Virus record (IMG/VR): IMGVR_UViG_3300020123_000348
Span: 1 to 58,885 of that record
DNA: 58,885 bases
Direction: 5' to 3' (one strand)
From: a virus
Lineage: Duplodnaviria; Caudoviricetes
Part shown: one piece after another, positions 9,896 through 17,917 of the stretch
How positions within the stretch are numbered: the first letter of the stretch is position 1
Layout: every line of letters begins with the position of its first letter
Notes under the pieces: generated by a model
The model's database searches: none
What the model was told of the DNA's origin: nothing
What the model saw: only the letters and a program-made list of their open reading frames with translations
Translations under genes and position numbers: made by a program

Positions 9896-10416
9896 TTTGG
9901 CGCAATGATGATATTGCTTTCAACCATATAGCTCATAATGGTGAGAAAGTGATGGATGAGGATTTTCTTTTTAATAGGTTTGTTGAAGTTGATAAATTAT
10001 TTATTAAATATGGAGTAAAACATACTATTGCAGTTATTTGTCATGACTTTTATAAAGCTGAAAAAATGATAGCTTATATAAAAGCTCATTCACATATTGA
10101 TGTTCAGTTGCATTGTTACAGACATGAAGACTATACATTGTTAGATTCTATGACTATTGAAGAAGAGTTGATAAAAGCTAAATTTATTCTTTTCAATATT
10201 TTTAAAAAAATGCCAACTATTTTTTATCCACCATTCAATAAAGTAGAAGATCTACTGATAAAAGCTGTTAAACATATTAATCTTGAAACTTCATTTGAAA
10301 AGATGAGTTTAAATGGTTATTTGAAAGGACAAACAAAGAATGTCATTAACTTTCATTCATGGGCTGATGAGTGTGTTGATTTAGAAGTAGCGTTGATTAA
10401 ATATACTACGAAATGA
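9877..10416 (+). CDS. Polysaccharide deacetylase (CE4/NodB-like)
   Basis: RNDD, LHCYRH, FYPPFN and NFH motifs. Confidence 0.78.
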   Translation: MQTQEIIWRNDDIAFNHIAHNGEKVMDEDFLFNRFVEVDKLFIKYGVKHTIAVICHDFYKAEKMIAYIKAHSHIDVQLHCYRHEDYTLLDSMTIEEELIKAKFILFNIFKKMPTIFYPPFNKVEDLLIKAVKHINLETSFEKMSLNGYLKGQTKNVINFHSWADECVDLEVALIKYTTK

Positions 10417-11078
10417 AAGTTGCTTTAATAACAGCTAATTTAGGTAATATAGATGAAGACATTCATTTAGATCAGATAGTAAAACAAGATTATGAATTTT
10501 CATTTTTCAATTTTCATTTAAATAGTTTGCCGTTTCCACTGCCAAACTTAGATAATAGGACAAAAGCAAGATATTTAAAAATCATGACTCATCGTTTTTT
10601 ACCTGAATACGATGTTTATGTTTGGATTGATGGAAGAATTAAAATAATTTCAGAACTATTTATTTCAACTTTTGTAAAACATTTAGAAAATAAAAAAGAA
10701 TTTGTTGTTATAACTCATCCAAAACGAAAAAGTATTTATGAAGAAATTGAATTCATATTGCACCAAATGAATAGTGGCGAACATTATTTAATAGGCCGTT
10801 ATGGTCATCAAGAATTAAGAAAAGAATTAGAGTTTTATAAAAGTGAATTATATCCAAATGAAAATGTTCCATTATTTTCATCAGGTGTTTTAGGAAGATT
10901 GAATAATGAAAAAGTAAATAAAGCTTGTGATGAATGGTTTTTAAGAAGTATTGAATTCTCTAATTTTGACCAAGCAATGTTATCATATATAATTTGGAAA
11001 CATGAATTGACTTCAAAACATTTATTATATGAAAACTGGTTGTTTGCAGTTATGGAACATAATAAGATAATTTACTAA
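10413..11078 (+). CDS. DUF616-like glycosyltransferase (second paralog)
   Basis: ARYLKIMTH, VWIDG, HPKRKSIYEE, DQAMLSY. Confidence 0.78.
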   Translation: MKVALITANLGNIDEDIHLDQIVKQDYEFSFFNFHLNSLPFPLPNLDNRTKARYLKIMTHRFLPEYDVYVWIDGRIKIISELFISTFVKHLENKKEFVVITHPKRKSIYEEIEFILHQMNSGEHYLIGRYGHQELRKELEFYKSELYPNENVPLFSSGVLGRLNNEKVNKACDEWFLRSIEFSNFDQAMLSYIIWKHELTSKHLLYENWLFAVMEHNKIIY

Positions 11079-11584
11079 TGAAAAACATTGATTTTGGTTA
11101 TAGAGTTGCTCCAACTGATATTCATTTAGTTGGAAATAATTTAATCGGGGTTGAAGTTGGAGTTGATGTTGGAGCTCATGCAGAAGCATTATTGACTTTT
11201 TGTAGAATTGAAAAACTTTCATTAGTTGATATTTGGGACAATCCTCAACAATATGGTTATTGTTTAGGAAGACTTGAAACTAAATTTAAAAGAGGAAGTT
11301 TTGAAATGATACCAACTACATCTATAAAAGCAAGAGAATTGTTTGAAAATAATTCTTTAGATTTTATTTATTTTGATCACTTACATGATTATGATTCTGT
11401 AAAAAATGATTTGAATTTTTGGTTAATAAAATTGAAAAGAAAAGCTATAATAGGTTATCGTCATTATATGAAATATCCAGGACTTACAAAAGCAATTGAT
11501 GATTTTTTAAAAATGACTAATTTTAAATTTATTGTTGATAATGAAGAAATTATAATTTTTAATAATATAAGTAAAGATGAATAG
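11078..11584 (+). CDS. Class I SAM-dependent methyltransferase (Methyltransf_24-like)
   Basis: GVEVGVDVG, LVDIW, LDFIYFDHLHDYDSV..DL. Confidence 0.82.
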   Translation: MKNIDFGYRVAPTDIHLVGNNLIGVEVGVDVGAHAEALLTFCRIEKLSLVDIWDNPQQYGYCLGRLETKFKRGSFEMIPTTSIKARELFENNSLDFIYFDHLHDYDSVKNDLNFWLIKLKRKAIIGYRHYMKYPGLTKAIDDFLKMTNFKFIVDNEEIIIFNNISKDE

Positions 11585-12149
11585 AATTGAAATCATCCAA
11601 CATTACATTGATAAGATTAAAGCTATTTCATATCTTGAAATTGGAGTTCAAGATGGTCAGAATTTTAATAAGATTGTTTGTGCTAAAAAGGTTGGAGTTG
11701 ATCCTGATAAAAATTCTAAAGCAACTGTAAATTTAACAAGTGATGAATATTTTGATACTCATACAATAGAAAAATTCGATGTCATATTTTTAGATGGTTT
11801 ACATCATTCAATGCAGTTATTAAAAGACATTAATAATGCTCTTAATTGCTTAGCAGATGGTGGCTATATTATATGCCATGACATAAATCCAAAAGGAGAG
11901 AAAGAACAATTAGTACCAAGAGAAACAAGACATTGGAATGGAGATTGTTGGTTAGCATGGACTATATTAAGAGCGACAAGAAGTGACTTAAAAATGTTTG
12001 TTGTAAATACAGATGAAGGTTGTGGAATTATAAGAAAAGGAAAACAAGAAACAATAAATATTGATTGTAATTTGACTTATGAAAGATTTAGAAATAAAAA
12101 AGTTTATTGGTTAAATTTAGTTGATGTTTCTCAATTTAAACATTTATGA
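11577..12149 (+). CDS. Class I SAM-dependent methyltransferase (Methyltransf_24-like)
   Basis: YLEIGV, GVDP, FDVIFLDGLH, GGYIICHD, WNGDCW. Confidence 0.85.
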   Translation: MNRIEIIQHYIDKIKAISYLEIGVQDGQNFNKIVCAKKVGVDPDKNSKATVNLTSDEYFDTHTIEKFDVIFLDGLHHSMQLLKDINNALNCLADGGYIICHDINPKGEKEQLVPRETRHWNGDCWLAWTILRATRSDLKMFVVNTDEGCGIIRKGKQETINIDCNLTYERFRNKKVYWLNLVDVSQFKHL

Positions 12150-12727
12150 AAATCTGGTATTTCACTCCTTATGCTTTAGATGGTAATCTTGGAAAAGCTT
12201 ATAATGAATATTGTGAGTTAGTTAAAAATGAGAATGATTGGATTTGTTTTATTGATGGCGATGTTGCTTTTTTAAATTCATATTGGGGAAAACATTTTGA
12301 AGATCTTATTAAAAAATATCCTAACGCTGGAATCATAACAGCATATACTAATAGGGTTGGTTGTTTAGAGCAATGTTTGAATGGAATGATTTCAGATGAG
12401 AGTGATATAAAAATCCATAAACAAATAGCTTATAAATGTTCAGCAGAACACTATTTAGAAGTAAAAGAAATCAATCATGTCATATCAGGTCATATAATGT
12501 TATTTAAAAAGAAAACTTGGATTGATGCTAAAGGATTTCCAGAAACGTTGAGAGATAAGGATTTGAACAAATATAGTAAGAATATGGCAACCGTTGATAA
12601 TCGCTTTTCAAGAAGAGTTTTGAATTTAGGAAAGAAAATCTTACTTGCGAAAGGAATGTATGTTTTTCATTACTATAGATTGAAAGAAGGTATTCATTCA
12701 AAAGAACATTTAGGGTTATTAACATAA
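12146..12727 (+). CDS. GT-A fold (GT2-like) glycosyltransferase
   Basis: LGKAYN, WICFIDGD (DxD), VDNRF, YVFHYYR. Confidence 0.78.
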   Translation: MKIWYFTPYALDGNLGKAYNEYCELVKNENDWICFIDGDVAFLNSYWGKHFEDLIKKYPNAGIITAYTNRVGCLEQCLNGMISDESDIKIHKQIAYKCSAEHYLEVKEINHVISGHIMLFKKKTWIDAKGFPETLRDKDLNKYSKNMATVDNRFSRRVLNLGKKILLAKGMYVFHYYRLKEGIHSKEHLGLLT

Positions 12728-12745
12728 CAATGTTCAAAACTTTTT

Positions 12746-12806
12746 CATTTTATTTTAAGTAAAATTTTTTTATCTCAAATAAAAGTTATAATTTTGCATC
12801 GTCAAA
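12746..12806 (+). repeat. 61-bp promoter-containing repeat, copy 1
   Basis: 60/61 identical to 54858-54918; contains TTTATctcaaATAAA and TAATTTTG. Confidence 0.9.
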
Positions 12807-12842
12807 TTTAAAACTAATGTTTCAAACTAAAAACTTATCGCA

Positions 12843-13469
12843 ATGGAAAATGATAAAATCATCAATGCTCTGATTAATCACTTTGACTACAAAATCTATC
12901 TTGAAATAGGCACTGTATATAAAGATGATTGTTTTGATTATGTTACTTGTAATAATAAATCAAACGTAAGTCTTGAGTATAAAAGTCAAACAGATCACTT
13001 TTGTGATACTGACTATTATTTTAATTTCTTTGGAAAAGAGCAAAGAAAAGATATTATATTTATAGATAATCCTAAAAGTTGTGAACAACTATTAAGAGAT
13101 TTGGATCATTCTCTTTATAACTTAAATGATAATGGAGTTATACTTATAAATAAATGTTTACCAAAGTTAAAGTTTAAAAGAGATGTTAATAATAAACTTT
13201 ATGTTGATTGCGATTGCGATTTTTATAAAGCTTGGTTATATCTTAGAAAAACTCAAGATGAATTAGAAATGTTTGTCATTGATAATCTTGATATGGAAGA
13301 TAATACAAGTTGTGGTGTTCATAATCATGGAGTAGGTGTAATATTTAAAGGCAAACAAAAGCTTTTGAATATAGAATCAATTGATATTTCTTATAAAGAT
13401 TTTATTGAACATAGAAAAAAACTAATGAATACAATTACAGTTGATGAATTTGAAAGTAAATTTATTTAA
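12843..13469 (+). CDS. Degenerate methyltransferase paralog of 11577-12149
   Basis: Colinear with the 11577 ORF (YLEIG, DIIFID, EMFV, KGKQ) but DGLH is replaced by DNPK and HD by NK. Confidence 0.7.
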   Translation: MENDKIINALINHFDYKIYLEIGTVYKDDCFDYVTCNNKSNVSLEYKSQTDHFCDTDYYFNFFGKEQRKDIIFIDNPKSCEQLLRDLDHSLYNLNDNGVILINKCLPKLKFKRDVNNKLYVDCDCDFYKAWLYLRKTQDELEMFVIDNLDMEDNTSCGVHNHGVGVIFKGKQKLLNIESIDISYKDFIEHRKKLMNTITVDEFESKFI

Positions 13470-13480
13470 AGTAAAATGTT

Positions 13481-13510
13481 TTTATCTCAAATAAATTTTA
13501 TATATTTGCA
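13481..13510 (+). promoter_or_regulatory. Class A promoter
   Basis: TTTATctcaaATAAA, 5 nt, TATATTTGCA. Confidence 0.7.
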
Positions 13511-13536
13511 TTATCAAACAAAAAATAGTAAAGAAA

Positions 13537-13761
13537 TTGAAAACACAAATTGAACTTACAAAAACTGAAAGGCAACAGAAAGTTGAGAAAGACTATCCAA
13601 AAGGAACTCAACTTCGATCAATAAGAAATTCGCGAATAATTTATAAATCATCTGGTGTTTTTATTGAATCAGATTTTGATGAATCAATATTAGATCAAGA
13701 AACTAATGCAGTTATTTGGTCAAGTGAAAGTAAAAAGTTTGCAGAAATAGTTAAAAATTAA
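13537..13761 (+). CDS. Hypothetical protein
   Basis: 74-aa ORF (TTG start) after a class A promoter. Confidence 0.55.
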   Translation: MKTQIELTKTERQQKVEKDYPKGTQLRSIRNSRIIYKSSGVFIESDFDESILDQETNAVIWSSESKKFAEIVKN

Positions 13762-13787
13762 TCCGAAAATTTTTGTAAATTTAAAGC

Positions 13788-14462
13788 ATGAAAGAAATAG
13801 TTTATATATCAGAAAATTTAAAATATGTTCTTGAGAATTGTAATGAACAAGAAAAATTTGTAATATTTAAAAATCTTGAACATTTTGAAAATGAATATGA
13901 ACAAGCTTTAAAAAAATATGATGCTTTAAGTTGTGCAGTAACTTTTCAAGAATTCATTCAAGAAATAATTGATGAGAATCTTAAAAAATTTAAAAAAGAA
14001 ACTAATAAAGAAATTTTATGTAAAAAAGGTTGTGGATTTTGTTGTCACTTGCATACAGACATTACTAAAGAGGAAGCTAAACTATTAGTTGAATATTGTG
14101 AAAGTAGTTTAATTGAAATTAATTGGGATAGATTAAAAATACAATCTGAAAAATCACAAGAAACTTGGAAAGAATTAAATCCAAAAGATAAAAGATGTGT
14201 ATTTTTAAATGATGAAATAATGTCGTGTAAAGTTTATCGATATAGACCAATTAGTTGTAGGAAACATCTTGTAATATCTGAACCTAAATTATGTGATATT
14301 GAAAATAATACAACTGAACAGATTTTGAAAGTAAATACAATAATGGCTGAAATAGTTGCGACGGCTATTTATTCAATTACAGAAACAAATTCAATGAGTA
14401 AACAGTTGATGAAATTTTATGTTGAAGATGATCCAATAAACCAAAATCAAGTATTCATATAA
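13788..14462 (+). CDS. YkgJ/CxxCxxCC cysteine-cluster protein
   Basis: CKKGCGFCC..CVFL..CKVYRYRPISCR. Confidence 0.88.
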   Translation: MKEIVYISENLKYVLENCNEQEKFVIFKNLEHFENEYEQALKKYDALSCAVTFQEFIQEIIDENLKKFKKETNKEILCKKGCGFCCHLHTDITKEEAKLLVEYCESSLIEINWDRLKIQSEKSQETWKELNPKDKRCVFLNDEIMSCKVYRYRPISCRKHLVISEPKLCDIENNTTEQILKVNTIMAEIVATAIYSITETNSMSKQLMKFYVEDDPINQNQVFI

Positions 14463-14463
14463 A

Positions 14464-14712
14464 ATGCAAGTAGATACATTTGTAAATTCAGATGGTGAAG
14501 TATCAATGTTGATTTCAGCAGATACGCCTTTAGATGAAGAGATATTGAAAAAAGTTGCTAAACAAGTAACAACTGGATCCTCAATAATGATTGAAGTCAC
14601 ATCAGCAATAACTATTTTCAATAAGAATTCAAAAGGTTTATTAATTGGTAAAAAGAATGGAAATGGAGTAATTGGAAAACAAGAAGATAATAATAAAGAA
14701 GAAAAGAAATGA
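14464..14712 (+). CDS. Hypothetical protein
   Basis: 82-aa ORF in a tightly packed run. Confidence 0.6.
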   Translation: MQVDTFVNSDGEVSMLISADTPLDEEILKKVAKQVTTGSSIMIEVTSAITIFNKNSKGLLIGKKNGNGVIGKQEDNNKEEKK

Positions 14713-14870
14713 AAATAACTAAAATTATAATTATAATATTGATAATTACTTTATTTGCTCTTTATGTAGGTAAAACATCTATAATAGATGGTAAAATTCA
14801 TATTGAGAGACCGGTTACATTAATATGTTTTATAGTTACAGTAATTGTATCACAATTAGAAGATAATTAA
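14709..14870 (+). CDS. Small membrane protein (not in ORF track)
   Basis: ATGA overlap; 53 aa with two hydrophobic stretches. Confidence 0.5.
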   Translation: MKITKIIIIILIITLFALYVGKTSIIDGKIHIERPVTLICFIVTVIVSQLEDN

Positions 14871-14871
14871 A

Positions 14872-15081
14872 ATGAAAAAACAAAAAGCTAAATTACTTCA
14901 TATATTACATGGATTGTATTGGACTGTATTTACAACAACTATGGTTCCAGGAAGTAAAGAACATATCTTAATAACTGAAATAAGAGAATATCACTTTTTA
15001 GGAATTACATATTATAGAAAAGTGACATATTTAGGTTGTAGTTGTGGAAGAAATTTTTATAGTAAAAGTTTAATTAAATAA
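14872..15081 (+). CDS. Hypothetical protein
   Basis: 69 aa, CSCG motif. Confidence 0.5.
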   Translation: MKKQKAKLLHILHGLYWTVFTTTMVPGSKEHILITEIREYHFLGITYYRKVTYLGCSCGRNFYSKSLIK

Positions 15082-15087
15082 ATAATT

Positions 15088-15465
15088 ATGACAACTAAAA
15101 AAGAAAATAAGAAATTAAATGATTTGAAACTACTTACTTCAATTGTGTGTAATAAGCTACAAATAGATCCTCATTTAGTAATGGAGACAGAAAAGCGAGA
15201 ATACATTTTTGCTAAAATGGTCATAGCTTATTTAGCTGAAATAGATACACTTAATATAGCAACGTGGTCAGAAATAGCAAAATATCTTGGCTATAAAAAT
15301 CATGGTTCAATTGGTAATTGCAAAACAACTATAAAGAATTTAATAGATGTTTATAAAGACAAAAGAGAAATTATTGAATATCTTAAAGAAAGATGTAAAG
15401 ATCTTAATATGTATAAAAGTAAGCATTTTGTTACATCATCTTATTTTTTAATACCTGGAATATGA
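15088..15465 (+). CDS. DnaA C-terminal-like helix-turn-helix protein
   Basis: KREYIFAKMVIAYL..TWSEIAKYLGYKNHGSI resembles DnaA domain IV (R..v.aR.iamYL..sl.eIG..f..rdHttV). Confidence 0.62.
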   Translation: MTTKKENKKLNDLKLLTSIVCNKLQIDPHLVMETEKREYIFAKMVIAYLAEIDTLNIATWSEIAKYLGYKNHGSIGNCKTTIKNLIDVYKDKREIIEYLKERCKDLNMYKSKHFVTSSYFLIPGI

Positions 15466-15839
15466 ACAATCTGTTTTTATATATTTTTATCTTAGTTTAT
15501 ATTTTAATGTCAAGTATGATATTAGGATTGACCTGGTACATTCTCTTTTGCACCAGAGTGCAAATAAATATAAAAGTAATAGAAACCATTAAAGAGATAG
15601 AAATCGTTAAATCTGAGCGATTTTATGAAATTGGGAAAATTTCTTATGAAGAATTGATAAAAAATTATCAAGAAAGACAAAAAGATGAAAAGTTAGTTAC
15701 AATAAGAGATTGGGCAGATTTAATGAGATATTGTAAGAATATTATTACAAAAAACCTGCAACATGAATATCCATTCGTCTTCAATAGAGAAACAAATGAG
15801 ATAGTTAAAATAAGTAAGTTTGACAAATTAGGATTTTAA
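15462..15839 (+). CDS. Membrane-anchored hypothetical protein
   Basis: N-terminal hydrophobic helix. Confidence 0.55.
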   Translation: MNNLFLYIFILVYILMSSMILGLTWYILFCTRVQINIKVIETIKEIEIVKSERFYEIGKISYEELIKNYQERQKDEKLVTIRDWADLMRYCKNIITKNLQHEYPFVFNRETNEIVKISKFDKLGF

Positions 15840-15840
15840 T

Positions 15841-16014
15841 ATGAAAAGTAAATTGATAGAATTGTGGAATAAATTTGATGAATTTTTAGGAAAATTAGCT
15901 ACATTAATAGTTATAGTTTTACTATTTTATTGGTTTATAAATATGTGGTATCAACAAAGAGTTGATATTGTGAAAGAAGGTTTAAAACAATATAACCAAG
16001 AACAAAGTAAATGA
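15841..16014 (+). CDS. Small membrane protein (not in ORF track)
   Basis: 57 aa, one hydrophobic segment, ATGA overlap with the next gene. Confidence 0.5.
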   Translation: MKSKLIELWNKFDEFLGKLATLIVIVLLFYWFINMWYQQRVDIVKEGLKQYNQEQSK

Positions 16015-16376
16015 AAGAAGTAAAAGTTAAAATCTTACAACAAGTTCAGTTAGAATATGTAACTGAAAGATTCAAAGCAAATAACTTCAATAGAGAAGAT
16101 ACTTGCAAAGAATTAGCTATTTCAATAAGAACATTAGGAAGAATCTTAATGAATTTCAATGTTCCAAGACCAAAAAGAGCAGCGAATAAAATAACAGATA
16201 AAATAAGTGATGATATAATATTTTTCATAATATTAGAAATAGGAGGAAAATATGCAGTAAAAACAGCATCAAAGTTTTCTAATAAACAAACAACCGGAAT
16301 TTTAAGATATAAAATACGAGAACTTGCTCAACAAAAAGCTGATGAATTAAATAATCAACCAATTAATAAAAAATAA
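16011..16376 (+). CDS. Fis-like HTH protein
   Basis: ANNFNREDTCKELAISIRTLGRIL matches the Fis/NtrC HTH_8 pattern. Confidence 0.7.
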   Translation: MKEVKVKILQQVQLEYVTERFKANNFNREDTCKELAISIRTLGRILMNFNVPRPKRAANKITDKISDDIIFFIILEIGGKYAVKTASKFSNKQTTGILRYKIRELAQQKADELNNQPINKK

Positions 16377-16783
16377 AATGAATAATTATTTAGTAAAATT
16401 TAAAAACAATGATAATGAAATTCATATCATTACAGTTAATAGAGACAATAAACAACAAGCATTAGAAACACTTATTGATTGTAAAGAAATCATTTTGAGT
16501 CATAAAGTATAAATAAAAATAATGAAATTAAAACTAATAAGCTATGGCATCATGAGTTAGCGATTTCTTGCTAAGAGTTAGGTATATCTCCATTCATCAA
16601 AAATGGCAAATAGGAGCCATAGAACCTCTAAAGTAGGTCATTTGTAGAAACCTATAAGATATATCAAGAATGACTTTTCCAGAGTTCAAAGTAAACTGGA
16701 ATTTGAGAGAAAAGAAGTTTAAGTAAATGATTGATAATTAAATAAAAATGATAATTTTGTAACATGAAAAAAAGTTAAATAAT

Positions 16784-17185
16784 ATGAGAATAATACTTGA
16801 AATATATTTTGGATTGAATTGTATATTATGCGGATTAATGTTTGGTATTTATTGGAAAGAGGCTTCTTATAGAAATGAAAAGATAAATGTGATATTATTT
16901 TCAATAATAGCTTTATTGTTCGGAATTATTATTGTGATGTTGTTAGTTATTTTTAAACCTATTCAATTGTTTTTCAATTATTTAGATGGAATTTGGCAAA
17001 TACGTTTTTTCTTTTGTTATTATGTGTTGAGAAGGCCTTATAAAAATAGAAGTATTGAAGTATTAGAAAGAGTTAATAATCAACTGAAACTTCAAGATGA
17101 AAAATCAATTAAATATAAGATGATGAAGATAGTAGTTGAGAAAGTCAATAAAATAAACAATTACATACCAGAAGGAACAAAATGA
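16784..17185 (+). CDS. Membrane protein
   Basis: Two hydrophobic helices, 133 aa. Confidence 0.6.
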   Translation: MRIILEIYFGLNCILCGLMFGIYWKEASYRNEKINVILFSIIALLFGIIIVMLLVIFKPIQLFFNYLDGIWQIRFFFCYYVLRRPYKNRSIEVLERVNNQLKLQDEKSIKYKMMKIVVEKVNKINNYIPEGTK

Positions 17186-17667
17186 AAAAAGTCATAATAT
17201 GTTGTGATAATTGCGATCAACCAATGAGGTTCATAAAAGATCTTCAAAGTAAAAGCAAGTTTCAAATGAAACGCTATCATTGTGATATATGTGACATTGA
17301 CAAAACAGTTTCAGGAACTGGAATTTATGATGAAGAGATAATTCCGGAAGTTACAGTCAAAAAAGTTGAAAACATTGATGGAGAACAAAATGTAGATATT
17401 GTGTTAGACAATATGGAAAACAATGCTAATTTCAAAAAAGAGAAGAAAAGAATAAAAAGCTTTGATGAGAAATTTGTTGTTTACATTCATTCAGAATCTG
17501 ATTGTGTTGGAATAATGAAAGCAAAAGAATATAAGAAAGCTGTTAAATTAAATGGAGAATTAATAGTTTCAAGAAGATTTGTAAAAATAGAAGCAGCAAT
17601 AACACACGCTCAAACAATAGCTAAAAAGAATAATTTAAGTTTTGAATATGAAACAGTTAATATATAA
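17182..17667 (+). CDS. Zn-ribbon hypothetical protein
   Basis: CDNC..CDIC at the N-terminus. Confidence 0.6.
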   Translation: MKKVIICCDNCDQPMRFIKDLQSKSKFQMKRYHCDICDIDKTVSGTGIYDEEIIPEVTVKKVENIDGEQNVDIVLDNMENNANFKKEKKRIKSFDEKFVVYIHSESDCVGIMKAKEYKKAVKLNGELIVSRRFVKIEAAITHAQTIAKKNNLSFEYETVNI

Positions 17668-17917
17668 ATATCTAAAAATTGAAGTTTATAAAAGATATAA
17701 ACTTATAATTTATAAAAATAAAAAGAGACTTGAAAGACTTATTGATGCTAAAAATTATATTAATGATAATTCAGATATTCCTTTAAGTTGGTTATTTGAT
17801 AGATTTTGTCAAAAATTAGAGATTCAAATGGATGATGCTTCATTTAAGTTTCTAACAAGAATAGCAATGAACAATAATCTTAATTTAATAGAAGAAATTA
17901 AAAAATTGCCGTTATGA
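17648..17917 (+). CDS. Hypothetical protein
   Basis: ATG 17648 in frame with tracked TTG 17642; overlaps both neighbours. Confidence 0.5.
   Translation: MKQLIYKYLKIEVYKRYKLIIYKNKKRLERLIDAKNYINDNSDIPLSWLFDRFCQKLEIQMDDASFKFLTRIAMNNNLNLIEEIKKLPL

Noticed and set aside
12770-12778. TTATCTCAA as a DnaA box / replication origin
   Set aside because: Only 6 of 9 match to TTATCCACA, copies are dispersed at promoters rather than clustered, and the central bases vary.
16522-16722. ATG..TAA frame interrupted only by three TAG codons, suggesting TAG recoding
   Set aside because: TAG terminates clear genes elsewhere (3406, 8683, 31394, 36669) and long genes are intact under code 11; no suppressor tRNA seen.
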